DNA from: Candidatus Nanopelagicus sp.
Lineage (GTDB): Bacteria > Actinomycetota > Actinomycetes > Nanopelagicales > Nanopelagicaceae
Length of the DNA: 64,000 nt
Assembly: GCA_016462445.1 (NCBI GenBank)
Contig: JAEMTE010000002.1
Span: 4,981-68,980, forward strand
Direction: 5' to 3'
Shown: one piece after another, positions 33,163 through 42,318 of the stretch
Numbering within the stretch: the stretch's first letter is position 1
How the letters are laid out: each line of letters begins with the position of its first letter
Notes under the pieces: generated by a model
Seen by the model: only the letters and a program-made list of their open reading frames with translations
Told to the model about the DNA's origin: nothing
Database searches by the model: none
Program-made: the position numbers and the translations under genes

Positions 33163-34100
33163 AGTAAGCCTCCCTCATAGATTACATCAGCCCTATCCTG
33201 CCACCAGCTCTGTCTATCTGGAGCAACTTTAAACTCTGATACTCGATCGGCAATTATTTTACGGTTTCTCATAAAACCAGATGTGGCAAGTAATGGCTCA
33301 CTTGTTACATCGCCATCAAGTAATGCAACTGTTCCCAACCCACATGCACCATAAAGATTTGGTACAGCTGCAGCTAGTGATAATCCATGTGAAATACCAA
33401 CACTGCTATCTAGGGCACTTGAAATAACTACTGGTAGATCAATCTTTTCGATTAATTCAAGAGCAGACCGTACTCCACCAGAAGGGGCCCATTTAATAAT
33501 TGCAATATCGGCAACCTCTTTAAGCTTAGTAAGATCTGATCCTAAAAACTTACGAATTGATTCATCCACAGCAATCTTGATACTAGTTGACCTACGTAAA
33601 ATACTTAAGTCGGCAATATCAATACAGGGTTGTTCGACGTACTCGATTAGACTGCCAAACTCCTGTTCATAATTTTTTAAGTTTGCTACCGCCTCAGCTA
33701 AACTCCACCCCCCATTTACATCTAATCTAAACTTTGCATTTGGTATATGTTTTAAAGTTTCAACTAATAGATCTTGATCAGAGATAAAATCATTTATTTT
33801 TATTTTAACGGTTGTGCAGCCGGCAAAGGCTGCAAGCAACTGCTTAACCTCACTAACCTTCACATTTGGTAGCGTGGCATTTACTGGGATCTGGTCTCTT
33901 ATTGGTTTAGGCGCCGGCTTAGTAGCAGCCTCAAGACTGGCCGATAACCAGGGTGTGGATTCCTTGTTGTTATATTCAGTAAATGCTGAGAACTCACTCC
34001 AACCAGCTGGACCTTCAAATAACGCAAGCTCGCGAAACTTAAGACCACGAAAATTAGCTTTTACTGGAATTGAAACAACTTGCAGCTGAAATGGAAACAT
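33159..34100 (-). CDS. menC: o-succinylbenzoate synthase (actinobacterial type)
   Basis: FRG..RE..L.EGPAGWSEFS, KIK, RLDVNGGW, EYVEQP, AVDESIR, VISSALDSSVG. Confidence 0.93.
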   Translation of the reverse strand: MFPFQLQVVSIPVKANFRGLKFRELALFEGPAGWSEFSAFTEYNNKESTPWLSASLEAATKPAPKPIRDQIPVNATLPNVKVSEVKQLLAAFAGCTTVKIKINDFISDQDLLVETLKHIPNAKFRLDVNGGWSLAEAVANLKNYEQEFGSLIEYVEQPCIDIADLSILRRSTSIKIAVDESIRKFLGSDLTKLKEVADIAIIKWAPSGGVRSALELIEKIDLPVVISSALDSSVGISHGLSLAAAVPNLYGACGLGTVALLDGDVTSEPLLATSGFMRNRKIIADRVSEFKVAPDRQSWWQDRADVIYEGGLL

Positions 34101-34103
34101 TAA

Positions 34104-34982
34104 TTAAGGACGTTTAGGAAATTTACTGAAGTTTGGTTCACGCTTTTCTTTAAATGCGTTACGCCCCTCTTGACCTTCCTCTGTTAAGTAAAATAGCATC
34201 GTGGCATCCCCTGCTAATTGCTGAACTCCAGCTAAACCATCATCTGCTGCATTAAGGCTTGCTTTCAATAGGCGAAGTGCCATAGGTGAGTGACGAAGCA
34301 TCTCTCTTGCCCAAGAAACAGTTTCTGCCTCTAACTCCTTTACTGGAACAACTGTGTTAACTAATCCCATTTCAAGTGCCTCTTGGGCATCATATTGGCG
34401 GCACAAAAACCAAATCTCTCGTGCTTTCTTTTGTCCAACATGTGCAGCTAACAATCCAGCACCATAACCGCCATCAAAGGAGCCGACCATTGGACCAGTC
34501 TGTCCAAACTTTGCATTATCTGCAGCAATTGTTAAATCACAAACAACATGTAGTACATGACCTCCACCAATTGCCCAACCAGCGACCATTGCAACTACTG
34601 GCTTAGGGGTTCTACGAATTTGTACCTGTAGATCTAAAACATTTAAACGCCCAATACCTTTTTTACCAAGCGCGTCATCACCAAGATATCCATCATCACC
34701 GCGAACATTTATATCCCCGCCAGAACAAAATGCTTCACTGCCTGCGCCAGTAAATATAATTATTCCAATCTGATCATCATCGCGGGCTAAATTAAAAGCA
34801 TTAGATAATTCAAAAAGTGTTTGCGGGCGAAAAGCATTTCTAACCTCAGGTCGATTAATTGTTATCTTCGCCATACCTTCGCCAACCTGGTATGTAATAT
34901 CGTTAAAGTTTTCCCCGCCCACACCGGTCTGCCACTTAGGAATAGTGCGATCGCCCATCTGGCGTTTGATCGGCTTACTCAC
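34104..34982 (-). CDS. menB: 1,4-dihydroxy-2-naphthoyl-CoA synthase
   Basis: [38 protein letters not shown]; GTG start at 34982 with GGAG RBS. Confidence 0.96.
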   Translation of the reverse strand: MSKPIKRQMGDRTIPKWQTGVGGENFNDITYQVGEGMAKITINRPEVRNAFRPQTLFELSNAFNLARDDDQIGIIIFTGAGSEAFCSGGDINVRGDDGYLGDDALGKKGIGRLNVLDLQVQIRRTPKPVVAMVAGWAIGGGHVLHVVCDLTIAADNAKFGQTGPMVGSFDGGYGAGLLAAHVGQKKAREIWFLCRQYDAQEALEMGLVNTVVPVKELEAETVSWAREMLRHSPMALRLLKASLNAADDGLAGVQQLAGDATMLFYLTEEGQEGRNAFKEKREPNFSKFPKRP

Positions 34983-35036
34983 GGCATACTCCAAAGGTTT
35001 AATTAGGATTTAGATAAGAGATAGCCTACGGGGATT

Positions 35037-36116
35037 ATGGAAGAAAAAAAACTGCGTAGATTGCTCCCTATTCAGCCTGAGTGGTCAATCCCACAGTTAC
35101 AAGAAAATTTAGCAGTAGCCCTTGAGGGCTCAGGGCCAGCACTTTCAACAAAGCCAAATTTGATAACTGAAATTGACCAGAGTATTGCATTAGTTGTTAA
35201 TACATCGGGGTCATCATCTGATGCTAAATCTGTAGCGATCTCATCAGACGCATTAATTGCATCAACTAATGCAAGTCATAAATACCTAGGTGCAACACCA
35301 GGAGATAGTTGGTCACTACTACTTCCAACTTCACATATTGCTGGATTAAATGTATTAATTAGAGCAACTGCGCTGGGCAGCCGAGTTATCGATAATCGAA
35401 ATGTCACAAGCTATATCGACGCTGATTTTATTTCAATTGTGCCAACTCAACTTTATAAAGCCTTAACAGGGGATGCTAAATTATTAGAGCACTTAACTGC
35501 AGCAGAGGCGGTATTAGTTGGTGGTGGGCCAATTAGTGAACAACTAAAAAAAGAAGCAGCGAGTAAACATGTCAAAGTAGTTACTACCTACGGTATGACG
35601 GAGATGAGTGGGGGTTGTGTTTACAATCAAAAACCTCTAGATGGCGTTGAAATCAAAATTACCCAAGAAGGCTTAATTAAATTATCTGGCCCAATGATTG
35701 CCACCGGATACTTATCAAATGATGGCAAAATAAATCCAATCAGTGCTGATGGTTGGTTTGAGAGTAATGACCTTGGCGAATTAACCGCGGGGATGCTTAA
35801 GGTGAGCGGTAGAACAGATGAGGTAATAATTTCTGGTGGTGAAAATATCTCACTCACACTTGTTGAAGAATTAATAACTAATAATTTTCCAAACTTTTCA
35901 GTGATTGCTTTTGCAATACCAGATCCTGTTTGGGGTGAGAAACTTTGTATTGGTGCTACAACCAACATTTCAATTGAAGAGATAAAAGGAAAATTAGGAC
36001 CACTCTTAACACCTAAAGAGATATTTATATTTGATAGCCTTCCAGTTACTGAAATTGGAAAAGCAGATCGCAGGCGTGCGGCACAAATGGCGGTTAACAT
36101 GAAGGGTGCGAATTGA
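35037..36116 (+). CDS. menE: o-succinylbenzoate-CoA ligase (short form)
   Basis: TSGSSSDAK, SIVPTQL, LVGGG, TYGMTE, GRTDEVIISGGENI; within the men cluster. Confidence 0.88.
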   Translation: MEEKKLRRLLPIQPEWSIPQLQENLAVALEGSGPALSTKPNLITEIDQSIALVVNTSGSSSDAKSVAISSDALIASTNASHKYLGATPGDSWSLLLPTSHIAGLNVLIRATALGSRVIDNRNVTSYIDADFISIVPTQLYKALTGDAKLLEHLTAAEAVLVGGGPISEQLKKEAASKHVKVVTTYGMTEMSGGCVYNQKPLDGVEIKITQEGLIKLSGPMIATGYLSNDGKINPISADGWFESNDLGELTAGMLKVSGRTDEVIISGGENISLTLVEELITNNFPNFSVIAFAIPDPVWGEKLCIGATTNISIEEIKGKLGPLLTPKEIFIFDSLPVTEIGKADRRRAAQMAVNMKGAN

Positions 36117-36961
36117 ATAAGTGGGTATTGGGGGCAAGGGTTCGTACCTTGCCAGCTGCAGTTGCACCTGTCTTAGTTGGTACCTCTTTAGCGAGTGAAA
36201 TTAAATTGATAAACGCCGTACTGGCTTTAGTGGTAGCACTTGCTCTACAAATCGCAGTTAACTTTGCAAATGATTACTCAGATGGAGTTCGGGGAACTGA
36301 TACCAACCGAGTTGGTCCAACTAGATTAGTTGCATCTGAGTTAGCAACACCAGCCTCAGTGAAGATAGCTTCTTTACTCTCCTTTCTAGTTGCCGCGATC
36401 GCTGGCACACTGCTTTCATTTAATACCTCACTTTGGCTGATCGCAGTTGGCGCGGTATCAATACTGGCTGCTTGGGGTTATACCGGTGGCAAGAGGCCAT
36501 ACGGTTATTTAGGATTTGGCGAACTCTCAGTTTTTATATTTTTTGGTCTAGTAGCAACAGTAGGTAGTTACTACGTACAGGTTGAGCAAATAAGTTGGAA
36601 TGCTGTACTACTTGCTATACCAATGGGTTGTTTATCATGTTCAATTTTAGTAATAAATAATCTGCGCGATCTTCCACAAGATGCTTTAGTTAACAAACGC
36701 ACCCTTGCAGTGAGACTTGGTGATAAAAAAACACGTATTTTTTATGCTCTACTGCTTATCCTTGCTCAAATTACTGCCGCCCTAGCAGGGGCCATAAATT
36801 ATAAGTTGCTTCTTACTCTTATCTGGATGCCCCTTACCTATAACGCTCTTATGCAGGTATTAAAGGGAGCCGATAGTAAAGAATTAATTTCGGTATTAGG
36901 TAAAACATCAAAGTTGCAATTATTACTTGCAGTTACGCTCGCGGTTTGCTTGCTTATATGA
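36113..36961 (+). CDS. menA: 1,4-dihydroxy-2-naphthoate polyprenyltransferase
   Basis: RVRTLPAA, NFANDYSDG, NNLRD..D..NKRTLAVRLG. Confidence 0.95.
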   Translation: MNKWVLGARVRTLPAAVAPVLVGTSLASEIKLINAVLALVVALALQIAVNFANDYSDGVRGTDTNRVGPTRLVASELATPASVKIASLLSFLVAAIAGTLLSFNTSLWLIAVGAVSILAAWGYTGGKRPYGYLGFGELSVFIFFGLVATVGSYYVQVEQISWNAVLLAIPMGCLSCSILVINNLRDLPQDALVNKRTLAVRLGDKKTRIFYALLLILAQITAALAGAINYKLLLTLIWMPLTYNALMQVLKGADSKELISVLGKTSKLQLLLAVTLAVCLLI

Positions 36962-36988
36962 GTAGAAAAATTAGGATAAAGTAAGCAT

Positions 36989-37243
36989 ATGCTTAAGTAC
37001 ATAATTATCTTGATAATAATTATTGATATCTACGCCTTTATTGATTGTGCTATGACTCCCCAAGAGAGTGTAAGAAGGTTTCCTAAATGGGGATGGCTAT
37101 TAATTATTTTATTTACTGAAATATTTGGCGCCATCGGCTGGTTTATTGCGGGTAGACCAAAAAAGCCTGGTACTAATCGTGGTGGTGGTGGGAAGCGAAT
37201 AATTCCACCAGATGATGACCCAGATTTCTTAAGGAAGTTATAA
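36989..37243 (+). CDS. PLD nuclease N-terminal domain (PLDc_N) small membrane protein
   Basis: IYAFIDC...PKWGWLLIIL...GAIGWFIAGRP...PDDDPDFL pattern; usual position next to ccsB/menA. Confidence 0.85.
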   Translation: MLKYIIILIIIIDIYAFIDCAMTPQESVRRFPKWGWLLIILFTEIFGAIGWFIAGRPKKPGTNRGGGGKRIIPPDDDPDFLRKL

Positions 37244-38137
37244 GCCGGAGTAGGTATGCCGCCCTGTTCCCCAAACATTTACATAGACATAATTAAATAA
37301 AAATGTTGAGCCGGCGAATAAACAAAGCCAGGCAGCTTTTCTGCCTCGCCACCCAATAGTTATCCGCGCATGTAGGTAAGCGGCATACGCCACCCAAGTA
37401 ATAAATGCCCAAGTCTCTTTTGGATCCCAACCCCAATAACGACCCCAAGCAGCCTCTGCCCAAATTGCACCTGCAATAACTGCAAAGCTCCAAAGTGGAA
37501 ACACTAAAGCCACCAACCGGTATGAAAGATTATCTAATGCTTCAAGAGATGGCACTTTCTGTGCCCATACTGGCCTGACTCCTTTTTGTTCATATCGATC
37601 CATAAGTAGATATGTTGCGGCAATAAAGTTTGCTAATAAAAAGACACCGCCAGAGATAATTGCCGCAGAAACATGGATCACCAGCCAGGTAGATTTAAGA
37701 GCTGGTACTAATGGCGCACTTGGTCGGTAAAGTAAAGTTATTGCACTACCAAGTGTAAGTAAGATTGCAATTGATACTGGTAATCCCAACCAAACAACTT
37801 TATATTTCTTCAGGCTAAATAAATAAGCGGCAGCAAAAGTAAGTGCGCCAGTTATTGAAAATTCATACATATTACCCAATGGAAAGCGGTTAGCTGAGAT
37901 ACCTCGAAGTACTACGGCGATTAGTAATAAGGCAAAACCTAAAATCATGAAAGCTGCAGCAAGACGACTTACTCTCGCAGTACGTGAGAAATCTAGTGTT
38001 GTTTTCTTAACTGATACAGCAGGAGTTTTTACTGACCAAGCAACCTCAACTGCATGAGCAAAAAAAGCAAGTGTGTAAACTGCCATGGCAGAGTAAATAA
38101 AGTAGTTCGATAGCAGCGCAGCTGACTTATCGTTCAT
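37238..38137 (-). CDS. ccsB: Cytochrome c biogenesis protein (ResC/CcsA-type heme-handling protein, actinobacterial CcsB)
   Basis: WWD domain GAIWAEAAWGRYWGWDPKETWA, conserved His in WLVIHV and YLH. Confidence 0.95.
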   Translation of the reverse strand: MNDKSAALLSNYFIYSAMAVYTLAFFAHAVEVAWSVKTPAVSVKKTTLDFSRTARVSRLAAAFMILGFALLLIAVVLRGISANRFPLGNMYEFSITGALTFAAAYLFSLKKYKVVWLGLPVSIAILLTLGSAITLLYRPSAPLVPALKSTWLVIHVSAAIISGGVFLLANFIAATYLLMDRYEQKGVRPVWAQKVPSLEALDNLSYRLVALVFPLWSFAVIAGAIWAEAAWGRYWGWDPKETWAFITWVAYAAYLHARITIGWRGRKAAWLCLFAGSTFLFNYVYVNVWGTGRHTYSGL

Positions 38138-39575
38138 TACCTATCTCCTTCACTAAAGATTTAATCTCATCCTCAAGACCTGGAATACCATTTTTAGCAA
38201 GACCGGCAATTTGAGTTTTCTCACCTTGTTTAACCCAGATTCTTCTCTGCCTAGTAAATAGTGAGATTAGTAAACCTGAGATAGCAAGTATCGCACCAAG
38301 TAAAGCGTATCCCTTTCCCGGATCGTTAATGATCTGTAAGTTAACCCAAGATTTCCATCCAGTAAATGTGATGCTGCCCTCATTAAAATTATAAGTTTCA
38401 TTAAGTGCTAAAGCTTTAAGCCCAATCCGCTCCATCTTGCTGGTATCTATTCGGTAAACAGATTGTGGGATACCAGTATTAAGACCTAAATCACCTTTCC
38501 AAATTGAGATTAATAATCTGGGATCTAAAACTTCTGGGTAGGAGGAGAAACCACCACGGATTGGATCGCGATCTGCAGTCGGTAGAAATGATGAAACAAA
38601 ACCAATTTGGGGCTGCATGTCAGGCACCTTTATCGCTCCAATTGATGAAAGGTTGCCATCCTGCGGTAAAAATGTGGTTGGCCCATCAAAGACAACTTTG
38701 CCAAATTTATCTTTGACTATAACTACTGGTGAATACCCGTTGGCTTGTAGATAGATCTTTGTACTTCCATAGGTAAGTGGTTTATTTACTTTAATAATCT
38801 CAGTCTTTTCAGTTGAGCCAGCAGGATTTGCAGTTTTAACAGTTAATGTGTAATCAAGTGGTGCATTTGTAATCGGATCGTATTCTGCTTTAAATTCTTT
38901 AACTGTTATTGAAAATGGTGCTAAAGAGTCCTCTGCCTGATACTTACCAAAGCCTAAGATGTCATAAGAGGTTGGTGTATTTATAAAGCGATCGCCCACA
39001 TTTAAAATTGCATCACCCTTACTACCAAATAGCGAACCAATTCCAATCGCTATCAACACTAAAACAAGAGATAAGTGAAAAAGCAGATTCCCACTCTCCC
39101 TGATATACCCTTTCTCTGCTGAAATAGATGCTGCATCACGCCTTATTCTAAAATGCTTTTTACGCAAATATTTCTCAATTAAATCTAAATCAACACTTTT
39201 TATCTCGGTAAAGTGCTCCATTTGATTTAAATACTTAGGCGTGAGTGGTGGCTTGGCACCAATTGCTTTTAAGTGCTCAATACTTCTTGGCAATACGCAG
39301 CCAATTAACGAAATAAATAAAAGTAGATAGATTGCACTAAACCAAGGTGAACCATATACATCAAAGAGGCTGAGTTGATCAAGGAATCGGGCGGTGTCAG
39401 GATTGTTAACAAAGTACTGCTTTACTTGAATTGGATTTTGGGTGCGCTGTGGAAATAAGGAACCTGGAATAGCAGCAATACCTAGTAATAAGAGCAGGAT
39501 AAGAGCGGTGCGCATACTTGTTACTTGGCGCCAGCACCAACGCAGAAAAGATCTACTATCTAATACGGTACTCAC
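38127..39575 (-). CDS. resB: Cytochrome c biogenesis protein ResB
   Basis: TSMRTALILL, GSLFPQR, SPWF, GNLLFHLS, VNKPL, DPG. Confidence 0.93.
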   Translation of the reverse strand: MSTVLDSRSFLRWCWRQVTSMRTALILLLLLGIAAIPGSLFPQRTQNPIQVKQYFVNNPDTARFLDQLSLFDVYGSPWFSAIYLLLFISLIGCVLPRSIEHLKAIGAKPPLTPKYLNQMEHFTEIKSVDLDLIEKYLRKKHFRIRRDAASISAEKGYIRESGNLLFHLSLVLVLIAIGIGSLFGSKGDAILNVGDRFINTPTSYDILGFGKYQAEDSLAPFSITVKEFKAEYDPITNAPLDYTLTVKTANPAGSTEKTEIIKVNKPLTYGSTKIYLQANGYSPVVIVKDKFGKVVFDGPTTFLPQDGNLSSIGAIKVPDMQPQIGFVSSFLPTADRDPIRGGFSSYPEVLDPRLLISIWKGDLGLNTGIPQSVYRIDTSKMERIGLKALALNETYNFNEGSITFTGWKSWVNLQIINDPGKGYALLGAILAISGLLISLFTRQRRIWVKQGEKTQIAGLAKNGIPGLEDEIKSLVKEIGNER

Positions 39576-40306
39576 TAGATCACTGGGATAAATCCAGAGA
39601 TTAGATCTCTTGTACTATTCATAAGATAATCCCAAATATTAGTAACTTGTAAGATGCCAATTAAGATTAAAAGTGAGCCGCCAACTTTAGTAATTAGGTT
39701 GCCACGTTTAGCAATTATTTTTCGCATTGGCTCTGCTTTATCTAGAAATAAACCCATTAAAATAAATGGTGCACCTAAACCAAAACAGTAGGCAGCGGAG
39801 AGAATTGCACCGCGCTGAGCTGTTGCACTTTCAAAAGCCAAAACTTGAACTGCGCCCAGTGTTGGACCGATGCATGGTGTCCAACCAATGCCAAAGGCAA
39901 ATCCAAGAAATGGTGCTGAAATTAAACCAGTTTTCATTCGCCAGTTTGGCTTAAAGCTGCGATAAAACTTTTCATTTAGCAAGAAAATAAATCCCATTGC
40001 AATAGTTAGCAAACCAAGCACGACTGAAATTAATCGTGAGTTTTGCGCAATCTTTGAGCCTAACCCACCAAAAAGCAGACCATAAGAGATAAATAGTGCA
40101 GTAAAGCCTGAAACGAAAAGAAGTGAACCAAGTAATACCCTGCTTCTACTTTTCGTACCACTCATTCCAGATGCATAGGAAAGATATCCAGGTACTAATG
40201 GAATAACACATGGTGAGAAGAATGAAACTAAACCAGCTGCTAATGCAACTACCATTGCAATGAGCAGGTTTCCATCAAATACCTGGGTTATTATAAATTC
40301 ACGCAT
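39575..40306 (-). CDS. ccdA: Cytochrome c biogenesis protein CcdA
   Basis: SFFSPCVIPLVPGYLS and GWTPCIGPTL. Confidence 0.95.
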   Translation of the reverse strand: MREFIITQVFDGNLLIAMVVALAAGLVSFFSPCVIPLVPGYLSYASGMSGTKSRSRVLLGSLLFVSGFTALFISYGLLFGGLGSKIAQNSRLISVVLGLLTIAMGFIFLLNEKFYRSFKPNWRMKTGLISAPFLGFAFGIGWTPCIGPTLGAVQVLAFESATAQRGAILSAAYCFGLGAPFILMGLFLDKAEPMRKIIAKRGNLITKVGGSLLILIGILQVTNIWDYLMNSTRDLISGFIPVI

Positions 40307-40838
40307 CAGCTATTACCTTATCTAACATTTTCTTTAAACTACCTACCGTTAATTCACCACTAATACGAACTGCTACTTTGCCATCTCTATCAATAATTAA
40401 GGTGGTTGGGATTGCATTTGGGATTAAGGAGCCCGTAAAACCAATTAATAAAGCATCGTCGGTAAAGGTTGGGTAAGTTAGTTTAAAGTTCTCATAAAAC
40501 GCTTTTGCTGATGAAATATTATCTCTTGTTAGTACGCCAGCAAATTGCACCTCTGGATACAGAATTGAAAATTCCTGAAGCACTGGCGCCTCTGCCCTGC
40601 AAGGAGCACACCACGATGCCCAAACATTGAGCACAGTTACTTGATTACGGTTGAGGGTTTTCATGCCAGTAGTCAGGGTCATACCACTTATCTCTGGTGC
40701 ATCTTTTCGATCTATCTTTTTAATATAAACAGCAGCTCCACTTCCTGCCACATATGCATTTTCACTTTGCGTTGATAAACCACCACCGGCGCAACTTGTG
40801 AGTAAGACAGATATAAAAAAAATACCTAATATTTTCAT
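40299..40838 (-). CDS. TlpA/ResA family thiol-disulfide oxidoreductase lipoprotein
   Basis: Lipobox LTSC, NVWASWCAPCRAE, cis-Pro IPTT. Confidence 0.92.
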   Translation of the reverse strand: MKILGIFFISVLLTSCAGGGLSTQSENAYVAGSGAAVYIKKIDRKDAPEISGMTLTTGMKTLNRNQVTVLNVWASWCAPCRAEAPVLQEFSILYPEVQFAGVLTRDNISSAKAFYENFKLTYPTFTDDALLIGFTGSLIPNAIPTTLIIDRDGKVAVRISGELTVGSLKKMLDKVIADA

Positions 40839-41458
40839 TATTTTGTTTGTAATAGATGTTTTGCTGGCTCTGAATAAGAAACAGTAGAGATCATGCCTTC
40901 GCTATCTAATTTAAATGAAGTAACAGATGCAAGTGTGCACTCTCGTTTTCTTGGGTCGTGTAATAGCCTGCGCCCCTCAGCAGCTGAGCGTAAGATCCAA
41001 ATCGGTAATTGATGAGAGACGCAAATAGCATCTTTGCCAGCAGCGCTATCGCGAGCAGTAAATAAAGCTTTCAGCATTCGACTAATTAATTGGTCATATG
41101 GCTCACCCCATGATGGTCGCCATGGGTTCCATAGATACGGCCAAGATTTTGGGTGGCGCAGTATTCCATTTCCTAATTCAAACTTTTTTCCTTCAAATAT
41201 ATTAGCTGCTTCGATTAAATTATCATCAGTTATTAGCGGTAAATTATGTTTAGCAATAATTGGTGCGGCAGTCTCTTGTGCTCTTTGAAGCGGTGAAGCG
41301 TGAATTGCGCCAAGATTTAAATTACTAGACCACTGCCCAATTACTTTTGCCATCTCCTGGCCGCGATCGCTAAGACGCCAACCAGGTTGCTGGCCATAGA
41401 GAATCTTCTCTGGGTTATGTACTTCACCATGTCTGACGAAGTGGATTGTTTGCGTCAT
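40838..41458 (-). CDS. Histidine phosphatase family protein
   Basis: VRHGEVHNP, SPLQRAQET, VSHQLPI; start 41458 supported by a TATGCT box 7 nt upstream. Confidence 0.9.
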   Translation of the reverse strand: MTQTIHFVRHGEVHNPEKILYGQQPGWRLSDRGQEMAKVIGQWSSNLNLGAIHASPLQRAQETAAPIIAKHNLPLITDDNLIEAANIFEGKKFELGNGILRHPKSWPYLWNPWRPSWGEPYDQLISRMLKALFTARDSAAGKDAICVSHQLPIWILRSAAEGRRLLHDPRKRECTLASVTSFKLDSEGMISTVSYSEPAKHLLQTK

Positions 41459-41509
41459 AGAGATAAGCATAAAGCAGAGAAATTCAACCCTGTTCGCTAA
41501 AGTAGTGAT

Positions 41510-42283
41510 ATGACGCTCACTGAAAAAAGAGTTGCCTTTTTTGATGTAGATAACACCCTGCTAAAAGGTTCAACTATCTTCTTTTTAGGGCGCGGGATGT
41601 ACCAAAGAGGCTTTTTCACAAAGAAGGATATCTCAGCTTTTGTACTAGCTAATTTACGCTATCGCCTTACCGGTAAAGAAAATAAAGATGAAATTAGTAG
41701 ATTTCAAAATGCTGCTACTGATTTTATTAAAGGTCATAATGTAAATGAGATTGAAAAAATTGGGCAAGAAATATATGAAGAGTACGTATCTCCTGCTATT
41801 TGGCAGGGAACAGTTGAGATAGCGCAGGAGCATCTAGCAAAAAACGAAGAGGTTTGGTTGGTAACCGCTACACCCCTTGATATGGCTAACTTAATTGCAA
41901 AACGTTTAGGATTTACTGGTGCCCTTGGCACAAGGGCTGAGGCTGAAAATGGTATTTATACCGGCAAGATAATTGGTGCACTCTTACACGGGCGAGAAAA
42001 AGCAGTTGCAGTTAAAGAGTTAGCAAATATAAATAATTTTGACTTAGGAAATTGTTATGCATACTCTGACTCTCATCACGATATTCCACTTCTTGAGGCG
42101 GTTGGAAATCCAAGAGTAATTAACCCAGATGCATTACTTGAGATCCGTGCCTACCGTGATAATTGGCCAGTTTATGATTTTCGGCGGGCTCGTAAGATTA
42201 AAAAATTCTTTGGACCAACCGCTGGCCGAATTGCAGCTTTTGTCTCTCTTATCTCACCTCGTAACCTAAAACGTAAAAGGTAA
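41510..42283 (+). CDS. HAD-IB family hydrolase (SerB-like)
   Basis: FFDVDNTL, LVTAT, K, AYSDSHHDIPLL motifs. Confidence 0.9.
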   Translation: MTLTEKRVAFFDVDNTLLKGSTIFFLGRGMYQRGFFTKKDISAFVLANLRYRLTGKENKDEISRFQNAATDFIKGHNVNEIEKIGQEIYEEYVSPAIWQGTVEIAQEHLAKNEEVWLVTATPLDMANLIAKRLGFTGALGTRAEAENGIYTGKIIGALLHGREKAVAVKELANINNFDLGNCYAYSDSHHDIPLLEAVGNPRVINPDALLEIRAYRDNWPVYDFRRARKIKKFFGPTAGRIAAFVSLISPRNLKRKR

Positions 42284-42318
42284 TTCGCCCAGTAAAAAGC
42301 GAGTAAAGTAGGCCAGTT

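Noticed and set aside
42284-42318. PafBC-type motif upstream of the XPB operon
   Set aside because: A TAAAGT box is present, but the bases at the upstream-box position (CCCAGT) do not match TGTCRG.
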